Source of the DNA: an uncultured Anaerolineales bacterium
Lineage (GTDB): Bacteria > Chloroflexota > Anaerolineae > Anaerolineales > UBA11858
Direction: 5' to 3'
NCBI GenBank assembly: GCA_964603385.1
Contig: CAZRUS010000006.1
Location: 33,540 to 97,539, forward strand
Length of the DNA: 64,000 bases
The notes beneath the pieces were generated by a model, which was not told the origin of the DNA, did no database searches, and saw only the letters and a list, made by a program, of their open reading frames with translations. The translations under genes and the position numbers were made by a program. Each line of letters begins with the position of its first letter. Position 1 is the stretch's first letter. Positions 35,760 through 49,824 of the stretch are shown piece after piece.

Positions 35760-38519
35760 ATGAATCAAATGCCGAAAACTGCCTTTGTGATCTCGCACAG
35801 CCACTGGGATCGAGCCTGGTACCTGCCCTTTCAAATCTGTCGATTGGCCCTGGTGCGACTGATTGATCAGCTGCTGGATCATCTTCAAGATTCGGTTGAA
35901 TTCCAGAGCTTCATGCTGGATGGGCAGATGCTTCCCATTTATGATTATCTGGAGATCCGACCGGAAAATCGGGAGGATTTGGTCCAGCTGGTCAAGGAAG
36001 GCCGGCTGACCATTGGACCGTGGTACTGTCTGGCCGATGAGTATCTGGTCAGCCCAGAAGCGTTGATTCGCAATCTAATGTACGGGCTTCGAATGAGTGA
36101 AGAATACGGTGGTGGCTCCCGACTTGGTTATGTCCCAGACAGCTTTGGACACATCAATCAGCTACCCCAGATCCTGCAGGGGTTTGGAATTGATTCCGCA
36201 GTATTCTGGCGGGGCATGGGGGATGAGGCGGAGCACCTGGGAGATGAATTCACCTGGTCAGCTCCCCAAGGCAGTGCCGTGCTGGCCGTTCACCTCCGCA
36301 ACGGATATTTCAACCTCTCCAACCTCGGGTATCCCGTGCGGTTTGGTTTCCCTGATCCAGAGACCTTCGATCCCGATCTGGCTCTCAGCCAGCTTCTGGA
36401 GACCGCTGGTGAGCTGCTGAAGACCAGCAAAAGCAACACCGTGCTGTTGATGAATGGAATCGATCACGCCCATTTTGACCCCCGTGTCCCAGCAATCCTT
36501 CAACAAGCCAACGCTGCCCAAGAGGACATCATCTTCCTCCACAGCAGTCTGGGCGAATTTCTATCTGAAATCCGACAGCACCTGCCAAACGATCTTCCTG
36601 TGTTTAAGGGAGAGTTTAACCGCTCCCGTTTTGCCTACGGACTGCAGGGAGTGTATTCATCCCGAATGTACCTGCAGCAGGCCAACTATCTGGCTCAGCT
36701 GAGTCTGGAACAGTATGCCGAACCGCTCAGCACCTAGAGCTGGATCAACGGAGCGGCATACCCCGGGGAATTTCTCCAACAGGCCTGGAAGATTCTCCTG
36801 CAGAATCACCCCCACGATGACATCTGCGGCTGCAGCTCAGATCCGGTCCACCGGGAGAACCAGGTGCGCGTTGAGCAGGTCCAGCAAATCACCGAACCGA
36901 TCTGTGAAGCAGCACTGGCTGCTGTAGCCGCCCGGATTGGGGAAATCGATGATCAGGGACCGAATTTCCTGATCTACAACCCCCTGCCTCATTCCCGGCG
37001 GGAAACGGTGGAAATCGATCTCTATCAGCCGGCTGAAACCCCCCTCCCGGACGATTTCCAGCTGCTGGACGCCAGGGGGAAACCTCTGCCGATGCAGCGC
37101 CTGGTGGAGGAAGAAATCTCCCTCCACCGCATCAATCAAAGCCGGCCTTATCAGCATATCCGGGCGGCTGTCGCCCTTGAAGATCTGCCGGGCTGCGGGT
37201 ATATGACCGTCCGGGCTGCATCAGCGGAGCAGCACGATCCCCCGCTACCCCCGCCGGTACTGAATTCAACACCTTCAGGGATGGAAAATCAATCCCTGCG
37301 GGTGGAGATCAATCCCGACGGTACGCTGAACCTGGAGGACAAAATCACCGGTCGCCAGTTCAATAATTTGCATCATTTTCAGGACCAGGCAGATGTCGGT
37401 GATGGATATGACTTTGCCCCCTGCCCGCATGCGGAGGACTATACCACCCGGGAGAAAACCGCTGAGATCAAACAGCTCAGCAAGGGACCTCTGCAGATCA
37501 GCTATCAAATAAAGCACCAGTTCTCACTGCCAGAAGCGATCAACCGCGACCGCAGCTCCTGCACAGAGACTTGCGAGTTGATCTCCGTGATCACCCTGAG
37601 AAAAGGTGCCCGACGGCTGGAAATCAAAACCACCTTCGAGAACCGGGTCAGGGACCATCGCCTGCGTGTGCTCTTTCCAACCGGTGTGCACGCCAAGCAG
37701 GTCCACTCTGAGGGCCATTTTTGGGTCAATGAACGCCCGGTAAACATCCCCCCCGGTCAAGACTGGGATCAGCCGCCCGTCTCCACCCGCCATCAGCGCT
37801 CTTTCGTCGATCTTTCCAATGGCGAATGGGGACTGGCCGTCCTCAATCGGGGGCTGCCGGAATATGAAATCCTGCCCTCAGAGGGAGGCGGCATCATTGC
37901 CCTGACACTGCTGCGCTGCGTAGGGTTTCTTTCCCGGGGAGACCTACCCACCCGGCCGGGCGGACACGCCGGCCCTCCCGGGGTCGCCACGCCGGACGCC
38001 CAGTGTCCTGGAATTCAGGAATTTGAGTATGCCATTGTCCCTCATGCGGGGGACTGGCGGGCGATGTATCCCGAGTCAGCCCGCTATCAGAAACCGGTGA
38101 TCACCTTAAAATCCATTCTGGAATCTCTTCCGGTGCCCGATGCAGACCTGAACGCCTCACCTTTTATCCCCCGCCGCAGAGAGAAAAAATCCCTCCTTCC
38201 CCGCCAACATTCTTTTCTTACCCTGGAACCGGAGCTGCTCGGGCTGAGCATCGTCAAGAAGGCGGAGGACCACGATGCGCTGATTGTCCGGATTTTCAAT
38301 CCAGGACCGGATAAGATCAAGGCCACCCTCAGAGCTGGCTTCTTCATCCAGACGGCGCAGGAAGCCAAGCTCAATGAACAGCCCTTGCGGCGCCTGAGCC
38401 TGACAGATCCGCAGACCATCACGCTGCCCATTGCGGGAGGAGAAATCAAAACGCTAGCCCTGGATGTCAACCGGGAGGATGATGCCCTCTGGGACATCAG
38501 CAGGGGAGCAAATCCCTGA
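35760..38519 (+). pseudogene. GH38 alpha-mannosidase interrupted by a single in-frame TAG (36735-36737)
   Basis: ORFs 35760-36737 and 36864-38519 are in the same frame. N-terminal part has HSHWDRAW, GPWY and PDSFGH. The 42 codons between the TAG and the next possible start encode the conserved GH38 motif AWKILLQNHPHDDICGCS. No frameshift is needed. Confidence 0.8.
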
Positions 38520-39537
38520 TGAAACGGCAGGTTCTATTCACCACAGACCGGGGAGAATGGCATCAGCGGGCTGCCCTGCAGGCCGCTCCGGAGAACCTTT
38601 CCGTGGAAATGCTCCGCAGTCCGGATGGGGAGGAACTATGGGCAGCCCTCACTAAGGCAGAATTCTGGATCTCTGAGCGTTCGGGGAAAATCACTGCCGA
38701 GCTGATTAACGGCGCGCCGAAATTAAAGCTGATTCAGCGCCTGGGCTCTCAGGTTCATGACATCGATCTGCGGGCGGCCAAAAGGGCAGCCACTGCCATC
38801 TGTTATCTCCCCCTGGAAGATGCCATCCAGGTCGCCGAACACCTCATTCTACAGATGCTCTCTCTGGCTCGAAAACTCCTCCAAACATTGGAGATCCCTC
38901 TGCAACCCCGCCCGGAGTGGGAGGAAAGCCGCCAGACTGATGAAGATACCTTTCAATACAACTGGGCCGGTATCTCTGGGATCCAATCCCTGTGGAAAAA
39001 GACGGTGGGGATTTTCGGTTTCGGTGAAATCGGGATGGAGCTGGCCCGGCGGCTGAAAGGCTGGAACTGCCGGGTTTGGTACCAGAAGCGCACCCCCCTG
39101 CCCCCAGGGGTGGAAGAGCAGCTGGGGATCGAATACCGAACCGCGGAGGCAATCTTTGCTGGAGCGGATTTCCTGGTCAATTTGCTGCCCTATTCTCCCC
39201 AGACCAAAGACTATTTTCATCAAGGCGTTTTCGACGGATGTCAGCAGCGACCATGTCTGGTCAGCTGTGGGAGCGGGGGCACGATCGACGAGGCCGCCCT
39301 CTGCCGGGCCGTGCTTCAGGGGAAGCTGTCCGGGGCCGCATTGGATACTTACAGCTGGGAACCGCTGCCCGCAGATAGTCCCCTGATTGCCGCTGCCAAA
39401 CAGGGGGCCAATTTGCTGCTCACTCCTCATATTGCCGCCGGGACTGCGGATTGGGAGGGAGAACTGCCCGACCGGAGCGGAGACTACCGAAACCTGCTTC
39501 ATTATCTTGCCGGAGAACCATTGGAATATCAATTGAT

Positions 39538-39541
<4 letters not shown>
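38519..39541 (+). CDS. D-isomer-specific 2-hydroxyacid dehydrogenase family protein
   Basis: VGIFGFGEIGMELARRL NAD motif and the LLTPHIAAGT catalytic-His region. Its ATG overlaps the GH38 stop codon by 1 nt. Confidence 0.75.
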
Positions 39542-42010
<2,469 letters not shown>

Positions 42011-42047
42011 ACAATCAACCAAACCAGATCAGCCAAGGATAATCAGC

Positions 42048-43208
42048 ATGAATTCAAGAGAAAGAGTACTGCGGGCGCTCAACCATCAGGAACCGGATCG
42101 GGTGCCTTTTGATCTGGGTGCTACGGTGGTTACCGGCATCCATCTCAATGCCTATGCGAATCTGCGGGAACATCTCCAGCTGACATGCAAAGAACCCGAG
42201 ATCGATCACCTCTACCAGCAGCTGGCCCGCGTTGATGCTGACTTACTGGATCGTTTTCAGGTCGATGTCCGCAGCATCTTTGCTCACACCCAGCAGGATC
42301 CCCAGGAGCAAATCCAGACTACAGCGGACGGCCGCTACTACCAGTACTACGACGCCTTCGGCGTCGGCTGGCAGATGCCCACCACCGGGGGAATCTATTA
42401 CGACATGTTCGACCATCCGCTCAGCGGTGAGATCACCGCGGAGGATATCGAGGCCTATCCCCTGCCGGACCCGGCGGATTCCCGGCGCTTTCAGGGACTG
42501 CGGGAATCCGCCCTGAAAATCCTCCAGGAAGAACAGCGCGCACTCACCGTGGGTAATATGTCCTCGGGGATCTTTGAGCTGCTGATGTACCTGCGGGGTT
42601 ACTTCGACGGCTACCTGAGCTGGGGCGATGACCAGCCCACCACCCAGAAGCTGCTGCACCGCTTTGTGGACCTGCAGCTGACCTACTGGGAGACCATGTT
42701 TGACACCCTGGAGGGCATCCCCATTGATGTGGTGGAGATGTCAGATGATATGGCCGGACAGTCCGGGATGCTGATCTCCCCGGATTCCTACCGGAAAATC
42801 CTCAAGCCGCTCCATCAGGAAATATTTGACTATATCCACTCCCGTACGGAGGCGAAAATATTCTTTCATTCCTGCGGAAACCTCCGCCCGGTTATCCCGG
42901 ACTTGATCGAGATCGGCATTGACATCCTCAACCCGGTCCAGGTCAATGCCGAAGAGATGGATTCTGCCGATTTAAAGCGGGAGTTCGGTTCCGAGCTGGT
43001 CTTCTGGGGCGGTGGGGTGGATACCCAGGGAGCTTTTGATGAACGCTTCACACCGGAGGATGTGCGCCGGGATGTGCGCCGGCGCCTGGAGGACCTCATG
43101 CCGGGCGGCGGCTTTGTCTTCACTGCAGTCCACAACATTCAGGGAAACGTTCCCCCCGAAAACATCCTGGCCATGTGGGAAACCCTCCAGGAATTTGGCC
43201 GCTACTGA
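42048..43208 (+). CDS. URO-D-fold protein, MtaA/CmuA-like paralog 3
   Basis: True start MNSRERVLRALNHQEPDRVPFDLG at 42048; the listed ORF start at 41691 overlaps the GH1 gene. Core FFHSCG. Confidence 0.65.
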   Translation: MNSRERVLRALNHQEPDRVPFDLGATVVTGIHLNAYANLREHLQLTCKEPEIDHLYQQLARVDADLLDRFQVDVRSIFAHTQQDPQEQIQTTADGRYYQYYDAFGVGWQMPTTGGIYYDMFDHPLSGEITAEDIEAYPLPDPADSRRFQGLRESALKILQEEQRALTVGNMSSGIFELLMYLRGYFDGYLSWGDDQPTTQKLLHRFVDLQLTYWETMFDTLEGIPIDVVEMSDDMAGQSGMLISPDSYRKILKPLHQEIFDYIHSRTEAKIFFHSCGNLRPVIPDLIEIGIDILNPVQVNAEEMDSADLKREFGSELVFWGGGVDTQGAFDERFTPEDVRRDVRRRLEDLMPGGGFVFTAVHNIQGNVPPENILAMWETLQEFGRY

Positions 43209-43235
43209 TCCCTCGGGGGACTCCGATCCTGGCAC

Positions 43236-44726
43236 TCATTCCTCAAACCCCCGGTAAAAGGGCCTCAATAGCGGATAGAGCTCCCGGTAGGTTTCATAGA
43301 GCTGCTGATAGCGGCTGCTCTCCGGGCCGGGAGCAGTTCGATCCACCACCTTGATGACCGATCGGCAGGCGTCCGGCACCGAGGCAAATGCACCGGCGCC
43401 CACTGCAGCCAGCAGGGCGGCTCCGAACGCCGACCCCTCACTGGTATTGACACGGACCAGCTCCACGCCCAGGACATCCGCAATGATCTGACGCCAGAGG
43501 GGGCTTTTTGATCCTCCACCGGTGATCCGCACCTGGTCGATCTTCTCCAAACCGGCCTTTTTGATCAATTCAAAACTGTCCCGCAGCCCGAAAGCCACCC
43601 CTTCTAAAACAGCCCGGGTGAGATGGTCCCTGCCGTGGCGGACACTGAGGCCCAGAAAAGCACCTGTCGCCTGGGGATCAGGATAGGGGGTGCGCTCTCC
43701 GGTTAGATAGGGAACAAAGAAGACCCCCTCGCTGCCTGCCGGAGCGGATCGGGCGCTGTGAGTCAGTGTTTCGAAATCTTCCCCCCCGGCGAGAGTATCC
43801 CGGTACCAGCGCAGACTGCCTGCTGCCGAGAGCATCACGCCCATCAGATGCCAGGTGTCCGGCAGCGCATGGCAGAAAGCGTGCAAACGGCCTTCCGGGT
43901 CAATCGAGGGCTCCGATGTGGCGGCAAATACCACCCCGGAGGTCCCCAGCGTCAGGCTGACCACACCGGAGGTCACTGCGCCCATGCCCACTGCACCGGC
44001 AGCCTGATCTCCCCCGCCGGCTGCCACTGGCGTGCCCGGCGTCAACCCGGTTTCCCGGGCTGCCTGCGCAGAAATCACACCGGTGGTTTCGATGCCCTCA
44101 AAGCAGGGAGGAAACCACGCCGGGGTCATCCCCAGTTCAGTAATCAGTTCCCGGGACCAGTCCCGTTTTTCCAGGTCAAAGAGCACGGTGCCCGCCCCTC
44201 CGGCCTTATCGACGGCGTATTCCCCGGTCAGGCAGTAGCGCAGGTAATCCTTGGGCAGCAGAATCTGGCGGATTTGATCGTAAATATCCGGTTCATGGTT
44301 CCTGACCCAGAGTATCTTGGGAGCGGTAAATCCCGGCAGGGCGTCATTGCCGGTGATCTGGATGAAACGGTCTTTCCCGATGCGCTCTCTGATCTGATCG
44401 CATTCCGCCCCGGTGCGCTGATCGTTCCAGAGGATGGCCGGCCGCAGCACCTCTCCTGCCGCGTCCAGCGCCACCATGCCGTGCATCTGACCGGTCAGGC
44501 CAATCCCCTGGATCTGGTGCGCATCAACACCGGATTCCGCGAGAACAGTCCGAATCGATTCCACAGCGGCTTTCCACCACAGCTGGGGGTCCTGCTCGCT
44601 CCACAGCGGCCGGGGAGTCTGGTAGCTGTAGGAAGAACTGGCCGTGCCCAGCAGCCGGCCTTTTGGATCCATCAGCAGCGCTTTGGTGGCGGTGGTGGAA
44701 GAGTCAATCCCCAGATAACAGCTCAT
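43236..44726 (-). CDS. xylB: xylulokinase
   Basis: 496 aa FGGY kinase. LGIDSSTTATKALL N-terminus and GGGSKSPLWRQI C-terminal motif. Lies directly downstream of xylA. Confidence 0.85.
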   Translation of the reverse strand: MSCYLGIDSSTTATKALLMDPKGRLLGTASSSYSYQTPRPLWSEQDPQLWWKAAVESIRTVLAESGVDAHQIQGIGLTGQMHGMVALDAAGEVLRPAILWNDQRTGAECDQIRERIGKDRFIQITGNDALPGFTAPKILWVRNHEPDIYDQIRQILLPKDYLRYCLTGEYAVDKAGGAGTVLFDLEKRDWSRELITELGMTPAWFPPCFEGIETTGVISAQAARETGLTPGTPVAAGGGDQAAGAVGMGAVTSGVVSLTLGTSGVVFAATSEPSIDPEGRLHAFCHALPDTWHLMGVMLSAAGSLRWYRDTLAGGEDFETLTHSARSAPAGSEGVFFVPYLTGERTPYPDPQATGAFLGLSVRHGRDHLTRAVLEGVAFGLRDSFELIKKAGLEKIDQVRITGGGSKSPLWRQIIADVLGVELVRVNTSEGSAFGAALLAAVGAGAFASVPDACRSVIKVVDRTAPGPESSRYQQLYETYRELYPLLRPFYRGFEE

Positions 44727-44741
44727 TGGATCCCCCGCAGC

Positions 44742-45902
<1,161 letters not shown>

Positions 45903-45940
45903 AACTTTCCTTCTTTAACTAGGCTGCTGAAATGATTTCA

Positions 45941-46519
45941 TCACTGCTGAGAACCAGACCATTGGTAAGTTCCAGGAAGGGAGATGCCAAATCTGGTCAG
46001 GATCCGCCGGGCAGTTTGATCAACCAGGGTTTCCAGGGAATCTGGCCGGCTGTACCAGCTGGGCACCGGCGGCATAATCACCGCCCCGTTCTCCGCTGCT
46101 TCCAGCATGCGTTTCAGGTGCCCGGCATGGAGGGGAGTTTCCCGGACCACCAGAAGCAGGGGGCGCCCTTCTTTGAGCTGGACATCAGCCGCCCGGACCA
46201 GTAAATTGTCGCTGCAGCTGAGAGAGACCGCAGAAAGGGTTTTCATCGAGCAGGGCACAATGATCATCCCGTCTGCAGGATAGGAGCCGCTGGCAGGCGG
46301 GGCACCGATATCCTGGTACTCATACACACAATCCGCCAGGGCACGGACCTGATCCAGGTCATAGTCCGTCTCTTCCCGGAGGGTCCTTTCCCCGGGCGGA
46401 GAGATGATCAGCTGGGTTTCAAAATCAGCTGCCTCGGCTAACAGCTCGAGGATGCGGATGCCGTAAATCACCCCGCTGGCGCCGGTAATAGCAATCAGAA
46501 TCCGTTTGGGCTCATCCAT
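45941..46519 (-). CDS. ubiX: flavin prenyltransferase UbiX
   Basis: 192 aa. IAITGASGVIYGIRILELL and PCSMKTLSAV motifs. Confidence 0.85.
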   Translation of the reverse strand: MDEPKRILIAITGASGVIYGIRILELLAEAADFETQLIISPPGERTLREETDYDLDQVRALADCVYEYQDIGAPPASGSYPADGMIIVPCSMKTLSAVSLSCSDNLLVRAADVQLKEGRPLLLVVRETPLHAGHLKRMLEAAENGAVIMPPVPSWYSRPDSLETLVDQTARRILTRFGISLPGTYQWSGSQQ

Positions 46520-46597
46520 GGTATTCTTCCTGCCGGGAATAACACCGCCAATCCTTCCCGGACATGACTAGAAAAATCTGTCTGCCGTGATTCCCTT

Positions 46598-48502
46598 TTA
46601 TCCGGTATATGCTGCAATTCCCAGCTCTTCCAGTCTGTCCTGCTGGGGAACCCCTTTTTGATCCCAGCCCATGAATTGATAATACACCTGCAATCCTTCC
46701 GCCAGTTCGCCCCCAGGAACCGTTCTGCCGGCGATGGGCCCTTCCTCCACAGCATGATAGAGGCGGGTCGATAAGCGGTCCTCCTCATGAGAACTTCCCT
46801 CGCGGAGAACAAACAAGCGGGCCAGGGTGATGATCCGCCAGCCGATCCGGTTGACCTCATCCGCAGAAAAATCCTCCCATCCTCCGGCTGCCCGGAACGC
46901 TTCTACCAGATGCCGGTATTCGTAGGGATAAAAATGGCAGATCAGGGCAGCATCCATGACATGCCGCACAGCGGATTCATGGGCATAGGCTTTGACTTTT
47001 TCCTCCGAGATGCCAAACAGCGGCAGCGGGGTCTCGAAACCCATCTCCTCCAGCCGGCTGCAGACATCCGATCCCTCAAAATTGGCGAAGTTATCCAGCA
47101 TATTGTGCATGTGATCTGCCCCGGTCGGCGATACAGCGTAGCCCAGACCAGTGGTGTTCTTGAACCGGGGGTCATGCAGGGGGAGCTCCTGTTTGCGGGC
47201 GACGGCCAGGAAGGCCTCCGACCCGCCGCCGATCTCCTCTGCCATGCGGGCGCTGCCCTGGGCCATCAGATCGCCCAACCCTTCCCGGCGGCCAATCAGA
47301 TCAATCCCGCTGACCAACGCCTCAGCGCTGCCGAATTCGGGCAGGTAATCTCCCTCCCTGAGCAGTCCTTTCTCCACACATTCCATGGTGAAAGCAATGG
47401 TCGCCCCGGTGGAGATGGTATCCAGCCCGTATGCAGCGCACAGCTGATTGGCATTGGCGACCGCATGGGGATCATTGACTTCACAGAGGGACCCCAGGGC
47501 GCCGATGGACTCATATTCGGGACCGCCGTAAGGCTTGTCAATCTTGGGTTCGTCCGATTCGACAACGATTTTACAGCGCACCGGACACCCACTGCAGGTA
47601 TCCCTTTCCACAACCAGCGCTTGATGAAATTCATCTCCAGAAAGCGCACTGACGTCCTCCAGCACGCCCTTGAGGTAGTTTTTTACTGCCATGCCTCCGG
47701 AATCGTGATTGTACTGCACAGATCCAGAGGTCCCGTAATCAACAGCCCACTTCATGGAATCCTGGTAAGTGCTGGTGATCCATTTAAGCGTTTCCTTCAT
47801 TTCAGAGCGGTCCACCAGTCCGATCCGCTGATTTCCTCGCACGGCGACAGCTTTGAGCTTCTTGCTGCCCATAACCGCTCCCAGCCCGGAGCGTCCAGCC
47901 GCCCGATTAACATCATGCATAACCGCCGCAAAACGCACCTGATTCTCACCCGCCGGCCCGATCTGAGCTACCCGCACTCTGTCATCCCCCAGATCGGCCC
48001 GGATGATCTCCTCGGTTTCTGCAGTGAACTTTCCCCACAGATGGTCCGCGGATCTGAGAACGGCTCTTCCATTCTCAATGCTCAGATACACCGGGGAAGG
48101 GGATGCTCCGCTGATCACCAGGGCATCAAAACCAGCCCGTTTTAATTCATGTCCCCACCACCCGCCGGCTTCACTGGAGGCGAGGGCGTTGGTGAGGGGT
48201 GACTTGGCGCCCACAGCATGCCTGCCGGTCCCCGGCAGGACAGTCCCTGTCAGCAGCCCGGAGGCAAAAATCAGCAGGTTTTCCGGGCCGAGAGGATCTG
48301 CTCCTGCCGGCATTTCCGACAGCAAATAATGCAGAATCAGACCTCTTCCACCGATCAACAGCCGGTAAAAATCGCTCCCCTTTTCCTCATGCCAGATTTC
48401 CCCCTCGGAGAGATCGACCCGAAGGATCTTGCCGCTAAAAGCTTGTTTTCCAGCGGCAAAGGGCTCAGCATGGTCTACCTGGTAAACTATTTCCTGCTTC
48501 AT
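46598..48502 (-). CDS. tungsten/molybdopterin aldehyde:ferredoxin oxidoreductase (AOR family)
   Basis: About 634 aa. N-terminal GKILRVDLSEGEI, GGRGL and a 4Fe-4S Cys context (CSGCPVRC). The ATG at 48502 forms an ATGA overlap with the upstream MoaD-like stop. Confidence 0.85.
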   Translation of the reverse strand: MKQEIVYQVDHAEPFAAGKQAFSGKILRVDLSEGEIWHEEKGSDFYRLLIGGRGLILHYLLSEMPAGADPLGPENLLIFASGLLTGTVLPGTGRHAVGAKSPLTNALASSEAGGWWGHELKRAGFDALVISGASPSPVYLSIENGRAVLRSADHLWGKFTAETEEIIRADLGDDRVRVAQIGPAGENQVRFAAVMHDVNRAAGRSGLGAVMGSKKLKAVAVRGNQRIGLVDRSEMKETLKWITSTYQDSMKWAVDYGTSGSVQYNHDSGGMAVKNYLKGVLEDVSALSGDEFHQALVVERDTCSGCPVRCKIVVESDEPKIDKPYGGPEYESIGALGSLCEVNDPHAVANANQLCAAYGLDTISTGATIAFTMECVEKGLLREGDYLPEFGSAEALVSGIDLIGRREGLGDLMAQGSARMAEEIGGGSEAFLAVARKQELPLHDPRFKNTTGLGYAVSPTGADHMHNMLDNFANFEGSDVCSRLEEMGFETPLPLFGISEEKVKAYAHESAVRHVMDAALICHFYPYEYRHLVEAFRAAGGWEDFSADEVNRIGWRIITLARLFVLREGSSHEEDRLSTRLYHAVEEGPIAGRTVPGGELAEGLQVYYQFMGWDQKGVPQQDRLEELGIAAYTG

Positions 48503-48756
48503 GAACAACATCCTCCTGCAATTTGAGGGATTAACTGCACCGTATCCCCGGGCAATAATACCCGTGTCATATCCGCTGTTTTGCCATTAACCACCGCAAC
48601 AACCGGCTGATTAAGCTGAATCTGGCAGCTCTGCAGATAATCGTGTACGCTCTTTCCCGCCGGAACGTGGATGGCAAACAGCGGTCCCTGTTTGCTGACT
48701 TCAAAGCCCGGATCTGCCTCGACGAGCAGTCGGGGATCAACTTTTATGGTAACCAT
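48499..48756 (-). CDS. MoaD/ThiS-family ubiquitin-like sulfur-carrier protein with C-terminal GG-CCS extension
   Basis: 85 aa. GDTVQLIPQIAGG followed by CCS and the stop. Its ATG abuts the upstream gene's stop codon (TAAATG), and its own stop overlaps the AOR start (ATGA). Confidence 0.65.
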   Translation of the reverse strand: MVTIKVDPRLLVEADPGFEVSKQGPLFAIHVPAGKSVHDYLQSCQIQLNQPVVAVVNGKTADMTRVLLPGDTVQLIPQIAGGCCS

Positions 48757-49824
48757 TTATGTGTTGTAATTCCCTACCTCCCGGACCAGATCGAGAGCAA
48801 ACCGGTAGGTATCCAGTGTAGTCCCCGGCGGGATGGAATGATCACTGTGATATATATAACCGCCGCCAGCCATTGCCTTAGGTATTTTACTGCGAATTTC
48901 CTGCTCCAGGCCAGCCCGATCGTTGCTTTCAAAGAGCCGGGCATCGATGTTTCCCATCAGAGTGATCTGGTCTCCGTACTCTTTCTTCAGCTCCAGGACA
49001 TCCACCCCCGCCTTGACCTCCAGCGGGTGCAGACAATCCACACCAATCTCGATCAAATCCGGCAGAGTGCGGGTCATGTCACCGTCTGTATGGTAAATCA
49101 GGTGAGCTCCTGCACTGTGGGCTAATTCCACCAGCCGGGCATGGAACGGTTGCAACAGTTCCTGATAATGACGGGGAGAGAACAGGGGACCGTTTTTATA
49201 GGCAATATCGCCGTAAAGCCACAGTGCATCCGGTTGAATTTGCCGTGAGGCCAGGTCCTGCCAGGCGTCTTCAATCAACTTTGTACACGCCTGATATATA
49301 TCCTGCAGCCATGCTGGATCCTTGATCATCAGCTTGAGCTGCTCTTCAGGCCCGACAACACGCCAGCCGCACTCAAATGGATCCAGCATGGAAAGCACGG
49401 CGTACCGGTTTGCTTCCCGGATTTGCTGGTAGCGGGCTTCCAGGCTGGGCCAATCGATCCGGGAAGGATGATAATCCAATCTGGGGCGGAACTCTTGCTC
49501 CCATTGATCTCGAGATTCTACGGCAAAACCCAGCAGCCCCGGGGAGGTCTGCTTGGTGAGAAATTCCAGATTGGTCGTTCCCCAGCTGTCTTTGTAGAGC
49601 CTTTTCTCGGCTGTTTCTTCCAGGATGACCTCGGGGAGCAGAAAGGACTGCTCAAACCAGAACATATCCATATCCAGCTGAAAATAATCCATCAGGCTCT
49701 GACCCTGAGGGATCCCCTGCTGTCGAAAATCGCGCTCTGTATCCCACCAATAGGAATCATACATGGGGATGCGGTCCACCGGCTGTCGATCCAGGGTTCT
49801 GCGCACTCGCTCACGTGAATTCAT
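48757..49824 (-). CDS. URO-D-fold protein, paralog 4
   Basis: MNSRERVRRTLDRQPVDRIPMYD N-terminus, close to paralog 3. Core IYHTDGD (Asp in place of Cys). TGATG overlap with the upstream amidohydrolase gene. Confidence 0.65.
   Translation of the reverse strand: MNSRERVRRTLDRQPVDRIPMYDSYWWDTERDFRQQGIPQGQSLMDYFQLDMDMFWFEQSFLLPEVILEETAEKRLYKDSWGTTNLEFLTKQTSPGLLGFAVESRDQWEQEFRPRLDYHPSRIDWPSLEARYQQIREANRYAVLSMLDPFECGWRVVGPEEQLKLMIKDPAWLQDIYQACTKLIEDAWQDLASRQIQPDALWLYGDIAYKNGPLFSPRHYQELLQPFHARLVELAHSAGAHLIYHTDGDMTRTLPDLIEIGVDCLHPLEVKAGVDVLELKKEYGDQITLMGNIDARLFESNDRAGLEQEIRSKIPKAMAGGGYIYHSDHSIPPGTTLDTYRFALDLVREVGNYNT

Noticed and set aside
36735-36737. Genome-wide reassignment of TAG (alternative genetic code) as the explanation for the in-frame TAG in GH38.
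   Set aside because: TAG terminates at least five well-supported genes at sensible positions (stops at 2182-2184, 14368-14370, 25172-25174, 55749-55751 and 57121-57123). Global reassignment is therefore unlikely. Only site-specific recoding, mutation or sequencing error remain.
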